Assembly: GCA_023205875.1 (NCBI GenBank)
Contig: CP060771.1
Coordinates: 62,001 to 126,000 of the forward strand
Direction: 5' to 3'
Source of the DNA: Chloropicon primus
Lineage: Eukaryota
Length of the DNA stretch: 64,000 nucleotides
The notes below the pieces were generated by a model. It saw only the letters and a program-made list of their open reading frames with translations, was not told the DNA's origin and did no database searches. The position numbers and the translations under genes are program-made. Positions within the stretch are counted from its first letter, which is position 1, and every line of letters starts with the position of its first letter. Of the stretch, positions 22,266 through 33,700 are shown in pieces.

Positions 22266-22366
22266 GGGTCACTAACGTACGAATCAAATTCCATTCCATT
22301 CCATTCTTCTTCTTCTTCTTCTTCCCAGCTTGCTTGCTTGCTTGGTTGCTTGGTCACGTCATCATC

Positions 22367-23509
22367 ATGGTGAGACGCCTCCACCTCACGCTCCTCCTCC
22401 TCACCTGCAGCTTGGTCGTCGCTGCCACCAATGCCACCAATGCACCTATTGGTGGTGGTGGTGGTGGTGGTGGTGTGACTTGCCTGTCGGAGTCCGGGGA
22501 CCCCGTGGAGTACTGGGTGATCCTCAAGTTCCCGGACGGGTCGAACTACGCGTACGCGGACGAGCACACCTCCCACCTCGGCATGTCGGTCTCCCCGTAC
22601 AAGCTGGAGTCCCCGACGGAGGGCGCGGTGGCCCACACGCTCAACACGGTGTACTCGGCGGGCTCGGGGTCCTCCTCGGTCGGCCACGTCGAGTACAACG
22701 ACGAGTGGCCCGACGAGCACAAGCACGGGACGGGGGGGCACACCAAAGGCTTCGTGGGTTTCGACGAGAAGTCCGGGTTCTGGCTCATCCACAGCGTCCC
22801 GAGGTTCCCCGACTTTGTCAAGGACGGGTACTCGGGCCTCCCCGAGGACGAGATGAGGTACGGCCAGAGCTTCATGTGCATCTCCACGTCCCTCGGGTAC
22901 CTCGAGGACGTGGCCGCCCAGCTCCTGATCGGGTACCCTTGGGTCTACAGCGCCAACGTCCCGGAGGGCAACTCGGCCTTCGCCAACATGCAGAACATGA
23001 AGTCCCTGGCGAACGGGGACAAGCACTACAAGGACATGGACTCCAACGTCGTCTCGATCAAGACGCACTGGGGTGTGGAGTTCACGACCTTCTACAAGTC
23101 CCCAAAGTGGGGAAAGTACATCTACGAGGACATGGTGGAGCCCCATTTCGACACGGAGTTCGCCTGGGAGACTTGGATGAACGGCATCAACCCCGACCCT
23201 AGCTTCTGCGAGCCAAAGTCCCAGTACAACTCCACCAACATCCGCAACCTCGCGGTGGGGGCTTACTCCTGGAAGGAGACCCAGGACCACTCCAAGTGGG
23301 GCGTCAGCATCGGCTGGAAGCACCGGAGCTACGACGAGTACCTCTGCATCGGGGACATCAACAGGCAGGAGTCCCAGAACAAGAGGGGCGGGGGGACCAC
23401 GTGCATCCAGGACGTGGACCTGTGGAGGGCCTTTTACAACGCCATCAAGCATGTGGACTGCTGCTGCGAGGACTCGCAGTGCGACGACGTCGGCTTCTGC
23501 AAGTGGTGA
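22367..23509 (+). CDS. DNASE2: Deoxyribonuclease II (acid DNase, PLD superfamily) with signal peptide
   Basis: YNDEWP, GHTKG, GFWLIHSVPRFP, YGQSFMCIS, DHSKWGVS, CIGDINRQESQNKRGGGTTC. Confidence 0.93.
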   Translation: MVRRLHLTLLLLTCSLVVAATNATNAPIGGGGGGGGVTCLSESGDPVEYWVILKFPDGSNYAYADEHTSHLGMSVSPYKLESPTEGAVAHTLNTVYSAGSGSSSVGHVEYNDEWPDEHKHGTGGHTKGFVGFDEKSGFWLIHSVPRFPDFVKDGYSGLPEDEMRYGQSFMCISTSLGYLEDVAAQLLIGYPWVYSANVPEGNSAFANMQNMKSLANGDKHYKDMDSNVVSIKTHWGVEFTTFYKSPKWGKYIYEDMVEPHFDTEFAWETWMNGINPDPSFCEPKSQYNSTNIRNLAVGAYSWKETQDHSKWGVSIGWKHRSYDEYLCIGDINRQESQNKRGGGTTCIQDVDLWRAFYNAIKHVDCCCEDSQCDDVGFCKW

Positions 23510-23712
23510 TGTGTGGATTGAATTGGAATTGAATTAAGTTATATATATATATATATATATATATTGATATGGATGGATGGTTTGTTATATTATTTTGTTT
23601 CAATAAAAAAATATACTACAGTATTATTATTATAGTTACGATGATATGATTATCCCTGCTGTAAAGGTGGCGCCTTTTGCCGACTTTAAGAAATAAACAC
23701 TCCCTACTCCTC

Positions 23713-26700
23713 CTACTGGTAGACCCCGGGCTCGTCCATGATCTCCTCGTCGATCATCTCGTCCACGGAGTCCTCGTCGATCATCCCCCCCTCGCCGTCG
23801 TCGACGTCCTCCTCCAGCATCACCCCCCCCTCGCCGTCCTCGCCCTCGGGCTGGTGATGCTGGTGCTGAGGGAAGCTCCCCAGCACGTCGCTCGTGATCT
23901 TCCTGTCGACGTAGTGCCCCAGAGGAATGTTCTGGGACCTCATCCTGTGAATGTACTGGGCGCACTGGTCCAGCATCCCCGCGGCGTAGTAGTGCTCCAC
24001 GAGCAGGCTGTAAACATCCCCTTGCCTCACGCCGACCTCCGTGTCGTTGAAGTTGCTCGCGTCCTCCAGGAGGCCCTGGCACACGTTCACCGCGTACTCG
24101 GGGTCGTCCGCGATCATCTGCCTGGCCTGGATGAACCTCTCGATGATCTCCATCCTCTTCTTCAGGGACTCCAGCTGCATCTCCTTTTCCATCCCCCTGG
24201 ACTTTTGCGCGTAACGGTGCGACTCACGTAACGCCTGCAGGGCCTTCTCGTAGGACTTGTACTCGTCAATCTCGATCTGGGCGCAAGCCTCGTAGAAGGT
24301 GGAAAGGCTGTCGTTCGCCTTGGCCTTGGTGTAAAAGGTGATGATGTTCATCATGATGTCTGGGTTGTTGTGCCAGTCCAAGTTCTGCAAAAAGTTGGCG
24401 GCCATGAGGTAAATCTCCTTGTTCCTGCTGACGCCGGTGTAGAACACGATCTTCTCCACGTCCCCGGACTGCAGGAGGGCCTTCATGGCTTTTACCTTCT
24501 CGCCCGCTTGGGTGTACTTCTTGCAGGCGAGGTGGAAGTTCCCTTGCCTCTTGCAGCACTTTGCGAGCTTGTACAGGAGCTGCTTGCTCTCGGCGGACTT
24601 GGTCTTGGGAGACATCGCCTCGGCCATCTCCTCGGTGATGGGGATGTCGTACTTGACGCAGATGTCCAGGGCCTCGTTCATCTCCCCGGCGGCGATCAGG
24701 AGGTGGGCCGCGTTCAGGTGCTGCCCGCTGTTCATGAAGAACTTGCCGCAGTTCGCCAGCAGCTCCTGCTCTTGCTTGTTCCTCTGGCCCCCTCCCTCCT
24801 TGCTGCTGCCGTCCCCCTGCTGCGAGGGGTTCTGCAGGGAGCTCCTGATGAGCTCGTCCGCGATCTGCTGTAGCTCGTTGAACAGGTTCTCCCTGAAGCA
24901 AAGCTGCAGGGCCCGGGCCATGTCCCCGCCCTTGTGGTAGAGCTGCACGGCCCTCTGGTACTTTTGCTGGGACTCGAAGTGCCAGGCGATGTCCGTCATG
25001 ACCTGCTTGGAGGACTTGAAGGCCAAGCTCACCAGCTCGGAGTCCAGCTCGTCCGAGTTGGTCTCCAGGCTGTAACGCTTGGCCAGCCGGACGGCGTGGC
25101 TGAACCGCTTGGCCTGCTTGAAGCAGTAGATCGCGTCCTCGACCTCGTCCAGGGCCTCCAGCTGCCTCGCGAGGTAGAAGAAGCCGGCGCTGTTGTCCGC
25201 GTTCGACGCGATGTTCTTCGCCAGTTCAAAGTTCCCCGTATAGCAGTGGATCCGGACCTGCCCCAAGACGTTGTGCATCTGCTCGTAAATCATCAGGGCC
25301 TTCTCGATGTCGCCCTGAGATTCGAGGTACTTGGCCCACCACTCCCCCAGGGACTCCCCCTGCTTGGCGCCCTTGTCGATCTGCTCCCTGCTGATCCCGG
25401 TGCTCTGGATGTATGCCTCGAGGTCCTCCACCCTGTCCGCGGTGAACAGCATCCTGGGAACCTCCTGCAGGACGGTGCTCTGCCCGCAGCTCTGGTACGC
25501 CTTCGTGGCCCCATCGAAATCTCCGAGGGATTCCAGGTGCCTCGCGTACGAGTGCATCGTCGACTTCATGTGGATCCTGTCCTTCTCGGACGCGACTTTG
25601 AGGGCCTTCTCCCACTGCCCGCCGGCCTGGTACAGCTTGTTCTGCAGGTCAAACCTGCTGCAGTTCTCAAGCAAGTTCGCGGCCTCGGACTGCATCCCCA
25701 GGTGCACGGCCACGCTGGCGATCCTGGCGTCGAGCTCGACGATGCCGTCCTTCTCCGCCTCCCTCACCGCCCTCGCCCCCCGGATGTGACCCATGTGGCT
25801 CAAGCAATACTCGGCGATGTCCAACCTCGGCGGATCGGCCCTGATGCACATCCTGGCCATCTGCTCCCAGACCAGAGGGGCGTCGTTGCAAGCCGAGGCC
25901 TGCTTGATCGCTCTGAAGGCGTCCTCCCCGTTCCCGATCGAGAGGTAGTAGCTCAAATCCAGGAACGCTTTTTGGCTCTTCAGGTCCGACTCGGACAGCT
26001 CCTTGTCCTCAACCTTGCCGAGCCTCAAGCCTTGCTGCTGCTGAACTTCCTCCTGGGTCGAGACGAAGCAGCCGATAGTCAGGGGGACCAAGTGGGGCAC
26101 CGACTTGGGCATCTCGCTGCTCGGGTTCTCCTCCAGGGTCTGGACCTTCTTCCCCTTGCTGTAGCAATAAATCAGGGGGGAGCACACTCCGATCATGGAG
26201 AGGCCCCTGTAGTCGATCCTGGGATCCTTGTTGTACTCGTGCCTCTCCTGCACGTAAATCCCGTAAGCAAAGTCGTTCTTGCTGTACTTGTCATTCGGGG
26301 ACACGAAAAAGGTCGTGATGTCCAAGTCTGCAGACTTCTCCAAGGAGCCCTTGGTCTCCAGAGCCTGCTTCGCCTGCACGGCGAGCAGGCGGGGGTCCGA
26401 GAGGTCCCAAGACACGCTCACGGGCTTGCTCCCTTGGCTGGTCCCGAGGTCGTACCACAATATCTTGTCCGTCACCGTGTCGTACACGATGAGGGTGTTC
26501 TCCGCGCTCAAGGTCGCCGGCCCCCCGCTCTCGAACCTCTTCTCGTTGGAGGCCTTGTTGTCCTTGGCCAGCACCGCGACGCAGGTCCCCGAAGAGTTGC
26601 AAGCGATTTGCCTGACCTCCCCGATCTCGCTTCCGTCCAGGACCATCTTCCTCCCCAGCTTCGTGGTGGTGGACTCCCTCGTTCCCTTCTGGGGCGTCTG

Positions 26701-28521
26701 GACCAGCCCCTGGTTCGAAATTTTGCAGACCTTCACGTACTTGTTCTGAGTCATCACCACGAGCGTGTCGTTCGATATCGAGATGTGCGTCGGGCTTCCC
26801 TGGATCTCGTCAAAGCTGATGCTCGAGATCACGTTGCCCTGAAAGTCGTGAACGTCCACCTTGCTGCCATTGATGGCATAGAAGCAGTCCTGGTGGATCG
26901 CCAAGGCATCCGGCGGGCTGATGTGCATCTGCGTGCTCGGTATGTTGATCGGGAAGGAAGAGACCTTTTGGGACGCGATGGAATCGCCCTTGGGGGCGTC
27001 ATCCGTGCTTATCTGGAAAATCGTCGCTTGCTTGTTGCTCCAAGCCAACAGGAACGAGTTCCACAGGCTGAAGCCGAAGATCTGGGTTCCCATGGATATC
27101 TCGCAGACGTTGCCATCGCTCCTCTTGGGCGACCTCTTGTCGCTCTTCTTGCTCCTGCTGGGAAGGAGGGTCAGCTTGTCAGAGGACGTTTGGATGGCCG
27201 CGCATCTCTTGTTGAAGCTGAACCTCAGGTCCTGTATCGAGAGCACGTGGAGGGAGTTGCCGGACATGGCGCTCAAGGAGCGCGGGTCGGAGCTCCACAG
27301 CAGGCTCTTCAGCCCAGGGGGCAGCGTGAACATCTGCTCGATCTGCCACACGGAGTCCGCTGCTTCCTCCTCTTGGGTCCTGTCGGAATCAGGGGGCTTG
27401 ATCATCTCGTGCGCCTCGTAGTCCTCCGCAGAGCTCTCGATCAGCTTCTTCATGTAAGGGAGGTACTGCCAAGCGATGACCGACCCCTCTTTGGTGCAAG
27501 CCAGCAGCAAGTTCGTGGACTTGTTGAAAGCCAGGTCAACGATGTTGTTGCTTCCGCTCTCGTGGGGCGCATTCAGCAAATCACTCTCCTGGGTGTCGAT
27601 GTCAATCACCCGCAAGTATGGCTCCCTGCAGTTGCTGCAGATGACCATGGACTCCGACCCCGCCGAAAGCATCTTGAGCTTGATGGAGAGGTTCTTCGCG
27701 GTCTGTGTCCCCGCCAGCTTCATGGAGATCATGCACGGCCAGCTCTCGCTGATCTTGTAGCTGGAGGCCACGGACTCAGGCTCCTCGTACACGGAGAGCA
27801 TCAAGCTCGACGTCAAAGTGATCATCCTCCTGTTCGGCAGCTCCGTGCACACCATGCACTCGATCTGGTGGTCCGACTCCAAGATGCAGCCTTTGTCCCC
27901 CCTCCTGCTGCAGAAGTGCACGGAAGACTTCTGGGACCCGTCCGTGTTCGTGGCCGAGTAGTAGAACAAGTTCATGCTCAGCTCTTGCTGTATTCGTATC
28001 CCTGACTGGTCGAAGGACTCCTCCGAGTAAAGGATACTGCTGAAGCAAACGTCCGTGATCGATTTCCCGTGCTCCTGGAAGTGTGCAATGGGAACAGGCC
28101 TAAAGTGAGAGTCGGACTTGTAAACGCTTATGTTTCCCTTGAGGTCACCCGCGAAAAGCATGGGCTGGGAGCCCCTCCCCGCGCTCGTCCAACCAAAGCA
28201 GGATATCTTTGCCTTCATGGTTTTCATGTCGTTCTTCACGCAGCAAGTCTCCCCGTTCCAGAACGATATCGACCCGTCGCTCCATCCTATCGACAGAAGG
28301 TACGTGTCCGGGTGCCATGAAAGATGCTCCGCCACGGAACCCTTCGAGCTGTGAATGAGCGGCTCTCCAAGCAACCTGGACTCCTCTCCTTGCTTGTTGT
28401 ATATCCTGACAGACCCATCTCTGCAAGAGACGGCCAGGAGCGATGCGGCGTGGTTCTTCGACCAGCCTGCGCATATAATGTCGCTCTTCACTTCGATGTG
28501 CGTGCTGAATATCAACGACAT
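23713..28521 (-). CDS. IFT140: Intraflagellar transport protein 140 (IFT-A; WD40 + TPR)
   Basis: 1602 aa; WHP..LSIGW.DG, VWEQMARMC..RLDIAEYCLSHMGHIRGARA, QGNFHLACKKYTQAG.KVKAMKALL.SGD.EKI, CAQIEIDEY. Confidence 0.96.
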   Translation of the reverse strand: MSLIFSTHIEVKSDIICAGWSKNHAASLLAVSCRDGSVRIYNKQGEESRLLGEPLIHSSKGSVAEHLSWHPDTYLLSIGWSDGSISFWNGETCCVKNDMKTMKAKISCFGWTSAGRGSQPMLFAGDLKGNISVYKSDSHFRPVPIAHFQEHGKSITDVCFSSILYSEESFDQSGIRIQQELSMNLFYYSATNTDGSQKSSVHFCSRRGDKGCILESDHQIECMVCTELPNRRMITLTSSLMLSVYEEPESVASSYKISESWPCMISMKLAGTQTAKNLSIKLKMLSAGSESMVICSNCREPYLRVIDIDTQESDLLNAPHESGSNNIVDLAFNKSTNLLLACTKEGSVIAWQYLPYMKKLIESSAEDYEAHEMIKPPDSDRTQEEEAADSVWQIEQMFTLPPGLKSLLWSSDPRSLSAMSGNSLHVLSIQDLRFSFNKRCAAIQTSSDKLTLLPSRSKKSDKRSPKRSDGNVCEISMGTQIFGFSLWNSFLLAWSNKQATIFQISTDDAPKGDSIASQKVSSFPINIPSTQMHISPPDALAIHQDCFYAINGSKVDVHDFQGNVISSISFDEIQGSPTHISISNDTLVVMTQNKYVKVCKISNQGLVQTPQKGTRESTTTKLGRKMVLDGSEIGEVRQIACNSSGTCVAVLAKDNKASNEKRFESGGPATLSAENTLIVYDTVTDKILWYDLGTSQGSKPVSVSWDLSDPRLLAVQAKQALETKGSLEKSADLDITTFFVSPNDKYSKNDFAYGIYVQERHEYNKDPRIDYRGLSMIGVCSPLIYCYSKGKKVQTLEENPSSEMPKSVPHLVPLTIGCFVSTQEEVQQQQGLRLGKVEDKELSESDLKSQKAFLDLSYYLSIGNGEDAFRAIKQASACNDAPLVWEQMARMCIRADPPRLDIAEYCLSHMGHIRGARAVREAEKDGIVELDARIASVAVHLGMQSEAANLLENCSRFDLQNKLYQAGGQWEKALKVASEKDRIHMKSTMHSYARHLESLGDFDGATKAYQSCGQSTVLQEVPRMLFTADRVEDLEAYIQSTGISREQIDKGAKQGESLGEWWAKYLESQGDIEKALMIYEQMHNVLGQVRIHCYTGNFELAKNIASNADNSAGFFYLARQLEALDEVEDAIYCFKQAKRFSHAVRLAKRYSLETNSDELDSELVSLAFKSSKQVMTDIAWHFESQQKYQRAVQLYHKGGDMARALQLCFRENLFNELQQIADELIRSSLQNPSQQGDGSSKEGGGQRNKQEQELLANCGKFFMNSGQHLNAAHLLIAAGEMNEALDICVKYDIPITEEMAEAMSPKTKSAESKQLLYKLAKCCKRQGNFHLACKKYTQAGEKVKAMKALLQSGDVEKIVFYTGVSRNKEIYLMAANFLQNLDWHNNPDIMMNIITFYTKAKANDSLSTFYEACAQIEIDEYKSYEKALQALRESHRYAQKSRGMEKEMQLESLKKRMEIIERFIQARQMIADDPEYAVNVCQGLLEDASNFNDTEVGVRQGDVYSLLVEHYYAAGMLDQCAQYIHRMRSQNIPLGHYVDRKITSDVLGSFPQHQHHQPEGEDGEGGVMLEEDVDDGEGGMIDEDSVDEMIDEEIMDEPGVYQ

Positions 28522-29214
28522 GGTGCTGCTCTTCCTACAACAACGACACCAAGAAGCTTAGCCACGCTTGAGCGGACGAGAGATGATCCACACAACAAAG
28601 CAAACACACATTGGTCAATCCTTCGCCAATGCCTTCGAGCGGGGGTTCGTTCGAAAGATAAAGAGACGATCTTTCGATCTGTTTGATCTCTTCGACGCGA
28701 CTTGTGCGTGCTTGGCCACCCAAAAGTCTTTCCTGAACTCACCTCGTTCACCTCCTTCACCGACTCGTCTCCCCCAAGCTGTCCATTCGAAATGTTCAAA
28801 TCCAAAACTCGAAGAATGACCACAGTGGTAAATTAACGTCACGCAATGAATGAAACTTCAACGAAACTCAAGCATCTTCGATGGAAAGATGGAAAGAGCC
28901 TTCTCTTCTGGGCCGGGCTTGTCGCCCTCTTCCCTCCCCCTCCCCCTCTGCGGCAACTTCGTCCCCGCCCTCCTCCGCTTCGTTGTCCGCAAGCCTAGTG
29001 ACCCCTCGACCCTCGAGCCTCGTCTTTGCCTTCTGCTCAAAGGCGTTCCACGATCTGTGGCGCGCGCTCTCTGCTCTGCAACCTTGGAAGCCAGAGGGAA
29101 CTTTGTGTTCCGTGTCCTGTCCTTGACAAGGATGCTGAGAACGTCAATCATGCAACGACGTGCAATGGTTCTCGTCCGAGTTCTCGGAAGACAGAGGGAC
29201 AACAGACGCCATGG

Positions 29215-29587
29215 CACTTGAACAAACTTTGGGGAGGACAGTGAGTGAGTGAGCGGATGGAGGGATGGAGTTGTGGAGCAAAAGAATCCAGGCTCGGTCC
29301 CCTCCCCTCGATGTCCCCTCCGGTCCACGATTCTTGGATCTTGGCTTCCTGTAGAAGTAATGTCACGGGACGAATCTTTGTTTTTTTCCTCAGGAGAATG
29401 AACGTCTAGGACTGAAGCGGAAGCTGATCCCAAGGCCAAGGCGGGAGGAGGAGGGGAAAGGTACCGGAGGGACCTCAGGGCCAAGGGGGAGGTGGACCGA
29501 GTCTGGATTCTTTTGCTCCACAACTCAATCCAATCCAATCCAATCCAATCCACTCACTCACTGTCCTCCCCAAAGTTTGTTCAAGTG
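29215..29587. repeat. Long imperfect inverted repeat (~370-nt foldback) between IFT140 and DNAAF6
   Basis: 29215-29251 is the exact reverse complement of 29551-29587 (37 bp); 29268-29291 of 29503-29526 (24 bp); further inner pairings. Confidence 0.92.
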
Positions 29588-29697
29588 TCTTGGGCTTAAG
29601 AGTACAAGCCAGGGAGGGCCTCCTCGGCTTGAACTTCCCACCACCACCGGCTGTGTGAGTTTTGGTCTTGTCCCAGCAAGAGAGCGGGTGAGGAAGG

Positions 29698-30617
29698 ATG
29701 GAGATCAACTCGCTGGCGGAGCTCCTGACTCCCTCGGAGGATGCCGGAAGCGCTCGGGATGACATCGACAGGGCTGGGAGTGGGGCTTCGAGGCCTCCTG
29801 TGTTGCATCCTGGAACCATAGGTGCACCGTCGTCCTCGTCGGCGTCGACGGAACAAGCGGTCGACAAGAAGAGTGCAGAGGCGTCCAAGGAAATATGGCA
29901 AGACCACGAGATCTTGGACCACGTGGAAGATGACCTGGACGACGGACTCGAGTGTCCAAGGTGAGTGCACCACACACACACACAACGCGAATCCTGGTCC
30001 TGCTCCGCCTAGGCTTTACCTGCCTCAGGAGACAGGAGGGCTTTCGCCATCCTTATCGCTGTCTCTGGGAATCTGACCCGAATTCGTTGCGCTGGCTTTC
30101 TCCTGTTGCCGGCAACTCCCTCCCCCCCCCCTCTCTCTCTTGTCTTGTGGGACTTCAGTTACGAGTTCTTGTACAAACAAGCGGTGGCCACGGAGGACGT
30201 GTACCTTGGCCTGTCCGGCAAAGACCCTTCCTCCACGGATTGCGAGGATTTGGTTCTCAAGGTGTTCCTGGATGGCACGCGTTCCCTCTCGGAGCTGGAA
30301 CTGGATGTGGAGGACACCTACGTGAAAGTGAGGTCACCAAAATAGTATGTTATCTGTTTTGCCCATCCTATAAGGGCGAAGGAAGGGTCCCTTTCCCTTC
30401 CTCCTTTCCCGTCGTTCGCGATTACAAATACAAGAGGGGAGAGAACGGGAGACTGACACCCTTGGTCTCTCTCGCTTTCATCATCGTGAACAAACGCAGC
30501 AAGCTTAGCCTTCACCTGCCTCACAAGACAGACAGCAAGAAAGGTTCTGCAAAGTGGGATAAACAATCGGAGACTCTGGTCATCACTCTGAGGATAGTCC
30601 GAGAAGATCCGTTCTGA
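29698..30617 (+). CDS. DNAAF6: Dynein axonemal assembly factor 6 (PIH1D3/Twister); exons 29698-29960, 30159-30344, 30500-30617
   Basis: CPSYEFLYKQAVATEDVYLGLSGKDPSSTDCEDLVLKVFL..VRSPKYKLSLHLPH..KGSAKWD..LVITL; exon phases consistent. Confidence 0.88.
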
Positions 30618-30782
30618 AAAAAGAGAGACAAAAGTCGTCGCGATGTGTAACGAAGTTTCTTCCTCTTATATATCAAATGTCAAAGTTAGATGGGAGGAGT
30701 AGCGACCTTGTTGTTGTACTTGCGTGACGCAAGCACAATGGTAGATGAGTTACTTTGACCTCCCATATGGTCGCGAGGTCTA

Positions 30783-33700
30783 TCATGCCGGAGAGGGGGC
30801 ACTGAATGGCTTTTGCTGAGAAGAGCCATTGCTTGTGTTATTATTGATGCCACTGCTGTTGTGGCGCCCCCTTCCTCTTCCTCTTCCTCTTCCTCTACCC
30901 CTTCCTCTACCCCTTGCTGGCTTGCCGCCGCCGTCTCTTTCTCTCTCTTTCGATCGGCGGCCCCTGCCAGACTTGTTGTGAGCGTTCGAGTTTTCCCTGG
31001 ACTTGGAGCCTCCCTGGTCATGGGACCCTTGCGGCTGTGCATCGCTGCTGTTGCCGCCATCACTCTGCTGCTGCTGCTGCTGGTCGATCCATGGCTTGGC
31101 CGGTCCGGCGTTATTTGCCTGCCCAGCCGCTGGCTTGCCGACGCTCCAGTCCACCTGCCCAAGCTGGCCGAAGGAGCTGAAGCCGAGCTGGCCAAACCCT
31201 CCAAATGGCGCTGGGGTCGAGGTGAGGGACAGGTCGGACAGAAGGGGGGGCATGGCGAAGCTTGGGGCGTCCACGACTTCTTCCAAGTTCGCGGGGAGGC
31301 TGAACGGCACATCCTCCTGCTGCTGCTTGCTCATGTCACTGGTCTCCTTGACCGCAGTGGACGGATCATCCTTTTTACCAGGACCTTGCTCTTGGCTGTT
31401 GCCTTGCTGCTGCTTTGCAATGCTCGCAGTGGCTTTCTTCCTCTCTCCCCTCTCTCTCCTCCCCCCCTTCACATCCCTTTCTTTCTTGTCCTTGTTCCTG
31501 CGCTCTCGCTTCATGTCCTTGTTGATGGTGGACCCGCCTCGCTCATCAAGAGACTTCTTTGAAGACTTTCCGGGGCCATCCCCCCTGCTGCCGTGCAACT
31601 GCTTGCTGCTCTTCTTGGCGTCCTTGTCACCCTGCTGCTGCTGCTGCTGCTGTGACTTCGAGGTCTGGTCCGTCTTCTCTGCTTGCTGTGGCCGCACCAA
31701 GAGTCTTGGCACTTGGGTAAGCCTGAGCCTCTGCTGAGGCTGCTCCCCCCTGTAATCGCCACCAAACAAGTCGTACTCCCTGGCATGGTACCCGGAGAGC
31801 AAGCCAGGGGGGGAGATCTCATTCTCATCCAACTGGCCCGCTGGCTTTGGATTGCTCTTGTTCTCCCTTGGGTGCTTGCCCTTCTCCTTGGGATAGTTGC
31901 GGGACCACTGCATGTCGTTGTAGGCATCGCGCCGAGGCCCGGAAGAAGCACCCGTCTTCACGGGCTCTTCCTGCGAGGGGTGGCTCTGTGAGTCCGGAGC
32001 ACCAGGTTTCCCTGGTTCTTGGTGATTGGCCACAGGTTTCGCATTCTCTTCTCTCGAATCCCTTCCGAGGTCGTCGTCTTGGTTGTCATGGACCTGCCCT
32101 GCTGGCGCCTTGCCAGCGGGGTCAGAAGATTTGACGGGAGCTGCGGCGGTGCCCCCCTCCCTCTTCTCCTTCTCCATCCTCTCCCTCTTCCTCTCCCTTT
32201 CCTGTTCGGCCGCCACCTTTTCCAGCTCGGCGTTGAAGGCTTCCCTCTCAGTGTCGACGTCCGGGGCTTGCCTCTCCCTCGCAGAGTTTTTGTTGTCCCT
32301 TTCATTCATCATGTCAGAGTCGTGGCCCCTTCGAGGGTAGTAGTCGCCCCTTTGCTGGGGCGGCTGATAGTCGTCTCCTTCATAACCTCCGTCGTAACCT
32401 TTCCTGTCCGACGATTGGTTATGGTATCCGTAGCCCCTGCCATCGTCCTGGCCAGGGCCTGGGTAACCTCTATCAGCGTGCTGGTGGTGCTGGTATCCCC
32501 TGTCACCACCATACCTCTCCCTGCCCCCCCTCTCTCCTCCTTCAGGGTGATAGTGGTATCCCCCGTCGCCACCAAACCTTCCTCCTCCTCCCATTCCATC
32601 TTGCATCGGGTACCTGTGGCCCCCGTCCCTCTGTCCTCCTCGATGGTGGCCGCCCATGCCCTGCTCGTGGTAGTTCCCATGGTTCCGTTGCCTGCCGTAC
32701 CTCCCTTCGTGATAACCTCTTCGGTCATCTCTGTACTGCCTCGGGTAGCCTGGCCCTCTCTGGTCCTCTCTGTCCCTGTAAGGCATGCCCCTCCTGTCCT
32801 CGCCGCGGTACTGTCCAGACCCGTAAGGGTGGTCCCTGTCTTCCCTGAAGGGGCCACCTAGCCTCTGACCACCGCTTCTCTCGTATCCACCTCTGTCTCC
32901 GGGGTACTGGTTGTGGCCGCCGTAGCCTCCCCTGTCCCTGCCCATGCCGCCGCCGTAGCCGCCGTCAGGGAAGCCCCCCCTCTCTCTCGGGTAGCCCATG
33001 ATGCCATCATCCCTGTCTCCTCTTTCGAGGTACTCCCTCTCCTCGCCCTGGCCTCCGCCGTGGAAGTTCCTTTCGTGGCCTCCGTGGTGGTGGTGATGGT
33101 GGTGGTGGCCGTGATCCCTGTCGTCCCGGTAGTACCCTCGGTCCCTGTCGCTGCGGTCACCGCCGTACTGCATGCGCATGACCTCCCTCTCGTCATCGGC
33201 CCACCTCTCCTCCCCGTCCTCCGTGCTGGGCTGCTTGGGCAAGTTTCCGAGCTGGGCGCTCTGAAGCGAAGGGTACTCCATGGGATTCAGTCTCCTGTCG
33301 CCGAAGCTGGGGATCTGCATCTGGATCGGCCTCGCTCCCCCCCTTCCTCTGCCTCCGGCAACCGGACGCGGGCCCTCCTCCCTCTGGCCCGCGCCGACGG
33401 GCCCATCGGGGGCGCCCGCGGCAGACCCTCCGGTCGCCCACGTGGATCCGGACGCCAGGATGGACTGCTGCGACTGCATGTGACCTCCCGAGGACGACGA
33501 GAGCATCCCGTTCCCACCGTGGTGGGCGTGGGCGTCCGACCCCGAGTGCCCTTGGCTCCCGCTGTCCTTGGTCCACCCGTGAATGCCTCCCCCGCCTCCA
33601 ACGAGCTGCGTTGTCGGGTCGTTCCCGGCGTGCTCCTTCTTCATCGAAGGCAGGTTCACTGGCTTGGGCACGCTCACCTTGGAGCCCTTCTTCTCCTTGG

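Noticed and set aside
22088..22270. TPP riboswitch in an intron
   Set aside because: No GCTGAGA or CCTGA..TAAT..GCGNAGGGA consensus visible
24934..28005. 1023-aa + strand ORF antisense to IFT140 (similarly 15978-17807, 32913-34463, 12932-14086, 58570-60003)
   Set aside because: Shadow ORFs caused by strong GC3 codon bias on the coding strand; no recognisable domains
28850..29553. 123-231 aa ORFs in the IFT140/DNAAF6 spacer as a possible transposase
   Set aside because: Low complexity, no DDE or other motif; they overlap the inverted repeat by chance
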